Below, one piece after another: positions 54,951-64,000 of a stretch of DNA of 64,000 nucleotides. The stretch is from Chrysomallon squamiferum (taxonomy: Eukaryota; Animalia; Mollusca). Both the position numbers and the translations under genes were made by a program. The notes beneath the pieces were generated by a model, which saw only the letters and a list, made by a program, of their open reading frames with translations, made no database searches and was not told the DNA's origin. The stretch is taken from positions 33,914,001 through 33,978,000 of the forward strand of contig CM022670.1 of NCBI GenBank assembly GCA_012295275.1, read 5' to 3'. Within the stretch, counting starts at the first letter, position 1, and every line of letters begins with the position of its first letter.

Positions 54951-55186
54951 TGTATAATTTGGTTATATGTAGACAGTTTTTATCTCATATTTTTAACATA
55001 TTTAACATTTGTTTTTTGTTGTTGTTGTTTTTTTTTATAATTATTTGATTGTGCTAAACAAAAATAAAATAAAATAAATAAAAATTTAAAAAGAAACATA
55101 AAAATAATAATGTGTTAAGGTGAACTATTTAAATGAAATAGAATTTATGACTTTGTCTCTACATGGTATTGAATTTGTTTTCAAAG

Positions 55187-55249
55187 CCATACTTAGCTGG
55201 AATTCCTATGACTCTGATGATGATGATGATGACACAGAAAGTAGTGAAG
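55187..55249 (+). CDS. PTK2: Candidate 63-nt cassette exon of FAK (phase 1-1): AILSWNSYDSDDDDDDTESSE
   Basis: ttgttttcaaAG / AAG|GTAAAC; frame-preserving between exons ending 54297 and starting 59280. Confidence 0.45.
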
Positions 55250-56935
55250 GTAAACTGGAGTGGTCTCCCATTTTGCTTCAGTTTCAGTTTGGGTTTATTG
55301 TTTTACTTTCACTTCTGTTTTATTTCTGTTATTTTAATTTTTTTTAATTTTTTTTTTTTTTTTTTTTTTTATTATTATTTTTTTTTTGTCAGCAAGGGCT
55401 GTCACACCACTGAAAAGCTATCTTGGATGACAGATTTTAATAAAGAACAAATCAGTTAAAATCTTTTGTTTAATTTGATTTATTGAAGAAGAAACTTACT
55501 AAGTAAAAATTCAAGATGGCAGTTCTGTTCTTTCAAGCTGACACAAACACAAATGTCACCATTTATTGGTTATTTGTGGCATGACGTTTGCATGCTTCCA
55601 CTGTCTGCATTGTAGGGTTTTGTTTTTATTTTGATGTAATCTTTATTATTGGTTTTAATTTTCAGTCACTGTTTTAACTTCATCTGTTCTTTAGACAATT
55701 GAAAAATATTTTTATTTTATTTTGTTATGTTTGTTTTTAATTCATTTTAATTTTTTGTCACTTCCGTAACATTAACGAGTTAAAAATAGAAAATATATAT
55801 ATATTTTTTTATAGATATAAAATTGTTATTTTTATAATAAATAAATAAATGTGTGCATGTATGTGTATATGTGTGTATGCATTTGAAACAGATTAAGTAC
55901 TGAGAATAACTTCAAAGAAAAAATATAATTTGTTACAGTTTTTTCAATTTAAACATTTCTCCTGTGATTTTTAATCTTCTAAGAATTAATGAATATTTCC
56001 AGCAACATTATTTACAGTAAATTTATTATCATCAGCATTATTATTATTATTTTGCTAATTCTTTGTATCTGATTTAACAAGGTTTTTAATTCATCTAACA
56101 TATTCTGAAAATTATAAAAATAATTTTACTAAAATTTACATAAATAAAATTCATTAAGTAAACTTTGCAGTTATAGATGGACTTTTGGATATGTTAATAC
56201 AAATTTTAAAAAAATGTCTTTTCATCAGAAATTAAATTTTCCTTTGTAACAAATAAGCCTTTATGTCACATATATTGGAACTATAATTATGCACTTTAAT
56301 TATAATCAGACATCTCTACTCTTGACAATTATCTTTATGTTAATCATACTACTTCTGTTTTAACATTCTGAAATATAAATATATTTTCAGCAGTTATAGA
56401 GTAGTTTCAAAAAGTAACAAAATATTATCATGTTTGTATATTTTGACAAAGTATTAACTTGCATGGAATTTCAGTCTTTATATGATTCATCCAAATTAAT
56501 CACTTGAATTAACAAAAACAATTAACATGGAAAAAAACAATTAGTAATGATGATCCAATAATAAGATATGACAACTGTTGACAGCTGCTTCAGTTGCTTT
56601 TCAGTAATTTCTTTTTTTTTATCTGTTCAGATATTCAGAATAATAATCTATATCTTTTGAATTGTTTGATTAATATTATATATTTATTATTATTTTTGTT
56701 TTTGACTCCGAAGTTCAATTTTAGTTAGTAGTTGGATTATTGAATCTATATTGAAATTGAATTTGTTATCAGATATTTATATAGTTAAGCAGAAGAAGTT
56801 TTTATTTTTTTATTTTTTTTTTTTTTATTTATTTATTTTTTTATTTTCATTTTATTACTTTATTTTATTTTATTTTTTTATAATTTTATTCTTTTTATTT
56901 TAAAGGTTTTTTAATTATTATTATTACTTTTATAT

Positions 56936-56944
56936 ATGTGTGTT

Positions 56945-56986
<42 letters not shown>

Positions 56987-57037
56987 CGTGTGTGTGTGTT
57001 TGTGTGTGTGTTTGTGTCTGTTTGTGTGTGTGTGTGT
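56936..57037. repeat. Imperfect (GT)n microsatellite
   Basis: Interrupted GT run. Confidence 0.95.
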
Positions 57038-59279
57038 TGGGATAAAACATCCAAACAAAAACAACCAGATCAAATCAAACCAAAAATATTCTACAGCATT
57101 AAATCTGCACAAATAACATTTTTTTTTTTTTTTTTTTTTTTAAAGTCAATCTTAACACCATCATGTCCATGTGACAGACAAACATTTAAGCTAAAAGATA
57201 ATTACAACAGGCGAAACCATTGAGTTGTACGAATCAATAGTCTAAGGCTGCTGGTACCATCTGTTAGTTCATGTTAAAGCTTTTCGTGAGAATAGCTTTG
57301 CTATTTTATATTAGTTTTTGGTTAACTAGTTACTTTTCTTTTGTCTTGTTGCTTTGGTCAGAAACGTGTTCAGCCTTTGTCAGAAGTAACAGTCTGTGTT
57401 CACAGAGTAAAAGATAAAAAGTTATTTAATTAATGTAAAAAAAAGACTTTTCATGATATAAATATTTTCTGATTGTTCTGAACAGTTTGTATATTTTGTT
57501 TATCCACAAGATACAGATTGTAAAAAACAAAACAGCAACTTGAAAGAATATAAAAGTTATTTAGTAAGGTTTTTTTTTTTTTTTTTTTTAATTATTAATT
57601 TATTTTAAATGCTAACAAACAGGTATTATTTACCATATTCTTGTTTAATTATGTTATTATTATTATTATTTGTTTTATTGTAATTACTTTATTGTTTATT
57701 TGTTTATTTATTTATTTATTTGCTACATTTTGTTTGAGTAAACCTGTGTTTTTGTCTGCATGTTGTGGTGTTGTTCTGGGGTTTTTAATGTCGCATGATT
57801 AAAGACCAGTGTTTGGGTGTTGAATGTTCTGAAAGAATGTTGATTACACTCAATTGTTTATGATTACATACATATTTGTAAATGTCACACTTCCAAAATA
57901 TTGTAAATGAGTGATTATTATTCATTGTTAAGCCTTTTTTTTTATTTAATATTTTTTATTTTTTTAGTGGACACAAAACAAGGTTACCATTCAAATTATA
58001 TAATAGTATCTGTGTATGCTAATAACTATTATAGATTTATAAGTGTTTTTCCATATTTGTCATCATCTACACTATTTGGTTTTGGTGTTTGGATTTATGT
58101 TTGAAAAGGAAAGAATACAATTTATTAAAAGGAATGTAGCTATATTTAAAATTTAATGATCTCTGTGATGTGCATACTGCTAGGCTAGGTACATACGATA
58201 ATTGATTATATATACTATATAAAAGGGCTGTAGATAGATACCTAAAATGGGAAAGAGGATAGTTTATAAAGGATTGCCTGCAAAATATGATATGATCAGT
58301 ATGTTGATGTTTAAGTATGCAGAAATAATTACGATTTTTATTAGTTGTGTAATTTTTATATATTTTTTTTATATTTAACAAATAGCTTCACCTCACCTAT
58401 ATATTGATTTTTTTTTTTTTTTTTTTTTCTCCATAAATACAAGGAATAAAAAGAATTTGATAATAAGAACATTAAATGGTGAAACATATTTGTAATAAAA
58501 ATAATTAATATTTTACTTCTTGATTGATGCAGCTGTTATAGCGTGCACTGGATAATAATAGACGTTTTGTCAAGTACATGTGGGTGACATACATTCTATT
58601 TCATGCAGAGAATCATTAATTTCAACTTCCTGATAAACGTAAAACCGTATATTGATCTGTCCATCCCATGCATTAATTGAAACTCTTTGGCCACCTTAAC
58701 TTTATTGATAAAATGCATGCTGTCATTGGATAGGAACTAGCCTTCCACAATATGCAAATACCGTTTCCAGGAGCCTCTATGGCTGTGCCTGCCATTCACT
58801 GACATTGTCACCATGCAATTACAGGAGCTGGTTCCTTTTTGGAATGCACGATTAAGAAATAGGACGTAATTTCACCATTGGAATTACAGCAGTGCTAAGA
58901 TTCTGAATCATATTGATTTTTGCAGGAATACTGTGAGGCTGGGTTGAACCAGGGCCACTCAGCCTTTGTTCACATAACGAAACAATAGCAACTGAGGCCT
59001 GCTGCTTCCAGGCCACACTGTAGTCTTTTGTGTATGCCTGTGTGTACAACTGACATGGACTGTTTTCACTGAATAATACTGTTAAAAATCTGGATTACGC
59101 TTCTGTTCTGGCTAAAGAAAGGGGGGAAAAAAAAAATACAGGATAAAAAAAGAGACTGTTATAAAATTTAGTTGCTTGATGATTTCTTGTTAAGGACTGG
59201 ACACTATTTATCTGTGTCACCATGTCTAACATGTTTGCTCTTCTTTCTAAGTATTATCCTGATTTTCATATTTTTACAG

Positions 59280-59310
59280 GGGAAACAGTACCAAGGATTC
59301 CCAAAACAAG
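59280..59310 (+). CDS. PTK2: FAK 31-nt microexon (phase 1-2): GETVPRIPKT, linker PxxP motif
   Basis: tttttacAG / AAG|GTAAGA; aligns with vertebrate GERALPSIPK. Confidence 0.8.
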
Positions 59311-60703
59311 GTAAGAGATATTTCATTATTCGTAATTACTATTCTTTTTTGTTAAATTAATGTTAGGATAATTTCATTATTTGCAGTTGTTATATTTTCT
59401 TTTCTTTTTTTTACATGTAATGTTTTCATTATAACTTTATATTGCTACTAAAGCCTTATATTCTCAAACTGGTCTTGTATTTTTAAACAGTTTTCTCTTT
59501 TTATTTGGTTTTATTGTCTTTCTGTTAATTAGTCTAGAGTCAATGATTTTTTGAGAAATTAAGTATAGTTTATATTTTTTGTGAACAGTATATACATGTG
59601 TATGTGTGTGTTTGTGTACAGATGTGTGTGTATATATTAAAGATAAATTTATTTAAGTTTTAATTTTGTATTTAAATTTAATGGTACTGTACATAGATGG
59701 TTATTTATGCACATATACATGAGATAGAAATATTTGTATATGTTTGTATATATGGATTATTGTCCATATCTTTATAATATTGTTGAACAGGTGCTTCATA
59801 TACAGGTTCATTATTACTTTTCATTTACATGTATTAGCCTACTGGACCAATGATACTGTAATATAGGCTTCCACTGACACGGACATAGTTCATGATTTGT
59901 GTATATACAGACCTTCTTTTTATTGATACATTTTAATAGAATATAATATATAAAAATAGTAAAACTAACAGTATTAAGATTTACAAATTATTAAAATTAT
60001 TTTATCCTTTTTTAATTTTTTTTTTTATTTAATATATTTTATAATAAAGTTAAACTAATAACATTTTTAAAAAAAGAAAGAAAAAACATGTACAGTATTA
60101 AGATATACAAAAAGAAAACAAATGTTTAATGTATAATCTTTATACTTTTTTTTGTTGTTTTTTAAAATAATTTTATATGGAAAAACAAAACAAAAATGTG
60201 AAGGAAATAAACTAGGAATATGAAGAGATTTCAGAATGTTTTCCGTCTATTGTTTCTTTTTCATCCTCTACTGACTCATTTCCTGAAATTTGATTCATGC
60301 TTGTACATGTATTTATCCACTGCATCGGCTCTGTTTCTCTCATATGTATTGATTAATTAATTAAATAGACAACAGCACCTAGCTGATCCACTAGTAACCT
60401 GTACTTTTAGTACAGTACTTACAATTAAACAGCTGGGTAATACGATACTGTGTTATTGAAAGCTTGCCATTTGGTATTTCACAAGTGTTGCTAAAATATT
60501 TACACATTATGTCTGTGGTGAAGACACAGACTTGTTACTGATCTGAGCTGGGGAATCAATTGCTTGGAGAAACACCATTAATCTAAAAACCAGCTCATGA
60601 ATCATTCATGGCCCTTATTGATTATAAATTGGCTTCTGTCTTATTAATGATAAACCTGGGACAGTGGTGGTGATATTGTTTGCTTTGTTTATTTTATTTT
60701 TTT

Positions 60704-60704
<1 letters not shown>

Positions 60705-60748
<44 letters not shown>
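60705..60748. repeat. (GT)n microsatellite
   Basis: Nearly perfect GT run. Confidence 0.95.
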
Positions 60749-60749
<1 letters not shown>

Positions 60750-62099
60750 TGGTTTAATCTAGTTGATAATATTAATTTAAATGACATCTTCAAGGATTTA
60801 ACAGTTTCCAGCTGGAGATTCAAACGTTTAAATGATACAAAATGTGAATGAAATGACAGTCTGCATTTTCAGCATAATTTAATTATTTCTTTTCCAATTT
60901 CTCTTGTTTATTTAATAAAAGAAACAATTCTAAATAATAAGGGTCCCAAAGTTAATTTTGGACAAATTGATGTCTTTTTAAAACAAAACAATCCAGTTCA
61001 TCTATGAAACAAAATTTAAAAAAGAATTTTTATTTTTTTATTTTTTATTTTTTTGGGTAAATATCTGTTATAATGGATATACTGAACAGATAAAAATGAT
61101 TTCTGTTTCTGTGATAAGCTGCAGGCCTGGTTTTCCATAATGTCTCCAGTCTCAGAATCTGACTAAAAAGTCAAAGGCCATGGTAGGCAGTTTCCTGTAT
61201 GTGGGAAAATCTCTATTAAAAAAATATAAAATCTGTATCTGCTAATCAGCAGATTTCCTCCATATATGATATTTATTATTATTATTATTATTATTAATAT
61301 TATATTTATTTAATTTTTTTTTAATTGTTATTATTATTTCTTTATTATCAAAAATTGAAACAAAATTTTACTGTATTAAATTGTGCTTAGTAGTCGTTAA
61401 ACCATAATTCATTCATTCATTTCTTTGTTTCTGTCATTTCTTAAGATTATCTTAAGTGCTTTTCCGTACTTGGTATATATACAATTACTTTATGTAGACA
61501 GGTAAATGTAATGGCCATAAATATATAAAACTGATCATTTAAGTTATTGTTATCTGACTTGTCAGGTGTAAGATGAGACTTTGAATGGATCCCATCTGAC
61601 TGCCCATTGATATATTGGTTGTAAATACTTTCTGACTTAAAGCATCAGAGGTCAGGCTATTTTCTGTTCTGAGACTGGACATTATTATTAAAATAGCTGA
61701 TTTTCCAAATTATTCGCAGTAACGATCTCCTTTTCCACAGCGTTTTGAAAATACTAACTGTCTCTCATCTTGGTTTACTGAACCAACAGCTATTACATTA
61801 TTACTCTTTGATGTGTTAAATTAAAGTTACATAATCTATATTATTTTCAGTAAAACAATTATCTGATCCTTTTCATCAGTCTAATCACACTATGTAAAGA
61901 TTACAGTTTTGAATTATGGGTGATGGTTGCAGTAACTAAATATCAGAGGTTGTCTGAAGGAAAAAAAAGAGTATATTTTCCTCAATTAAACACATCAGTC
62001 TTCATCAAAGGTCAGCTAGTCAAGTGTGGTATTTTATAGTGAGGTTCATTACCTGTGGGTACATTCCTTTTTCCCTTTGTCTTTTTTTTCTTCTTTTTT

Positions 62100-62490
62100 T
62101 TAATAATCTTAAAGTTAGAATGATACTAAAGTATTGTTAAAAGTAAATGTTATGCAGTGGACGTTATTAATTAATTTTTTTAATAATATCTTGTTAAACC
62201 TAGAATAATATTACAAGTATCATTAAAAATAAGAGTTATGGATTAGGCATAAACTTTTATTTTATTTTATTTTTTAATATCACATATCATGTTAAACATA
62301 AATAAAACTACAAATAGTATTGAACATGATAGTTATGGAGTGGCATTAACTAGTTTTTATAACACATCTTGTTAAACTTAAATAATATTAGAATTATTAA
62401 AAATAAAAGTTATGGAGTGGTATTAACCTGTTCTTACAACACATCTTGTTAAACTTAGTATAATACTGTGTGCTAACTGGTTTCTATAAA
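62100..62490. repeat. Degenerate minisatellite, ~80-100 bp unit, ~4.5 copies
   Basis: atcttgttaaac-like core at ~62188, ~62286, ~62366 and ~62443, with gttatg(g/c)agtgg recurring between them. Confidence 0.8.
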
Positions 62491-63707
62491 ATTTTAAATA
62501 CTATATTTTAATATATGGAATGAGTATATACCTAATTGGTATTAGTACATTTAAAAATGAAAAAAAAAGAAAGTTGCCTTTAATATTTATTTGAAAACAA
62601 AAATGGATAACAGAATTTACAGGCATATTCATAGTCAAACCACATACCATACCATGGCCTGTGACCTTTTAGAGACAGGATACATTAAGAAAAATCAGTC
62701 CTTCAGCTTAGGAGAAAAGAATTAATTTTCTCTTTTCAGTGTATCCTTAATCCCAGGTTTTTTTTTTTTCTATCTCTCTCTCTTTCTGGATTTAGTTTGT
62801 TGTTAGAAAGTTTTTCCAGAAGTTTAATATGTCTTCATTCTCTTTAAGATCATAAAGGAGAAAAAAAAAAATATTTGTTAAAAAAAAAAAAAAAAAAAAA
62901 AATTCTCTATCCAGGACTGTTCACTCATTGATTCTTTCCAGCTAGAATGCACAGTCTTCCATATTTTTTTTTTTTAAAGATTTAATAGTATTTGATTACT
63001 GCCTGCTGTACATTTGATATATAGTTTTTGGGGGTTAAATTGATTTATTCCATTTATCGATACATTCAAACTGAACAGTGACCCACAAAACACTGAGTTT
63101 AGTTTTATTTTCCTGGTAGCATAAATCACACTTAAAGATTACTTGTCTGGAATTGAATTGTTAAGTGTTGCTTATCTCAAAGTAACAATGGGTCTTTTTA
63201 GCAGCAGTGTGCAAAATAAATGCACATGATTGTAATGTTTATTGATATCTTGCTTTGTAATTCAGTTGTTTTTAAGTGGCATTTTTTTGTTTAACTGAAT
63301 GAGTTAAAGTTATTTCCTTGTATTTCAAGGAGTCTGGTCTTTTTTAACATATCGAGACTTCTGTTATCTTTAGTTTGGAGCTAAAGTAGTTTTATATATT
63401 TTTTTTGCTTTTTAAAGAATTCCTTTTGAAAAAGTATTTAATTCATTCTTGAACAAGTAAAGTGGGTGTCTAGATCCTTTCCATCTATCAAAACATGGAA
63501 TTTTTTTTTTTTTTTTTTTTTTTTCTTCAAATTCCCCCTTTTACTTAGTAGACAATGACATTTTATTATGTCCCTAGTGAGCCTCAGAGATGGATTTCTG
63601 TGAATGTGTTGAGATGAAACCAGACTATTTTACTGCAGCGCCACTGTCACAGAAATGTCACACAAACTGACTGTTGTTTTACACAAGTTGTTCTCACTTT
63701 TTTCCAG

Positions 63708-63760
63708 TTCCCAGCAGCAAGGAAGCATCCGACATGAAGAACCACTAAGTCCGAACGAAC
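63708..63760 (+). CDS. PTK2: FAK 53-nt linker exon (phase 2-1): SSQQQGSIRHEEPLSPNE; gene continues beyond the window
   Basis: ttttttccAG / AAC|GTGAGT; phase matches the 31-nt microexon; CpG-containing open frame. Confidence 0.75.
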
Positions 63761-64000
63761 GTGAGTTTACCATCACTGCTATCCTAACTTTTCTTATCCT
63801 TTTGCTTTTTCAATTTTATTTATTTATTTTTTTGTTTTTTTTTATATTCTCCCCATTTTTCTGTTCTTTTACACAGCATGTTGGTTTAAAAAAAAAAAAA
63901 CAAAAACAAAAACCAAATTTTATTTTTATTTTTTTTTTTTTTTTCGTCTTTTCCTGCTATCTTATTTATTCACTGATACTGATTCGTTTTATGTTTCTGT

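Noticed and set aside
56930-57223. CVCVCV/THTHTH ORFs (also 11673-11916 and 38097-38339) and poly-F/poly-K ORFs
   Set aside because: Translations of microsatellites and homopolymer runs
59791-59805. Possible 15-nt FAK microexon (cAG|gtgcttcatatacag|GTTCAT)
   Set aside because: Poor polypyrimidine tract and weak donor
1-64000. CRISPR arrays, tRNA/rRNA genes, autonomous transposon ORFs, prokaryotic operons
   Set aside because: None seen; the sequence is intron-rich animal DNA with no repeat-spacer array and no transposase or reverse-transcriptase motifs

Overview
AT-rich eukaryotic (animal, probably lophotrochozoan/mollusc-like) genomic DNA with spliceosomal introns, microsatellites and one 200-N scaffold gap (1101-1300). 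There are three regions. (1) 1-15050 is a tandem cluster of duplicated, partly deleted copies of an unnamed minus-strand gene that the ORF track mostly misses. The intact-looking copy (9195-12357; six coding exons joined by phase-1 introns) splices into a ~254-aa protein: acidic/disordered N-terminus, an RHIM/amyloid-like motif, then a C-terminal SAM-like domain. Paralogous exons differ mainly by replacement changes and in-frame indels, and IRF-like motifs lie upstream, so this is the best candidate for an undescribed (possibly immune) system. (2) 19355-21450 is a minus-strand PAQR7/8-like membrane progestin receptor with an intronless CDS. (3) From ~21540 to beyond the window end is the 5' half of a focal adhesion kinase (FAK/PTK2) gene on the plus strand, head-to-head with the PAQR gene. 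The complete FERM domain and the start of the linker can be spliced by eye. There are also several candidate alternative first coding exons (some with acylation motifs) and a candidate acidic cassette exon. All exon calls come from manual reading of splice sites and frames; no database searches were run.
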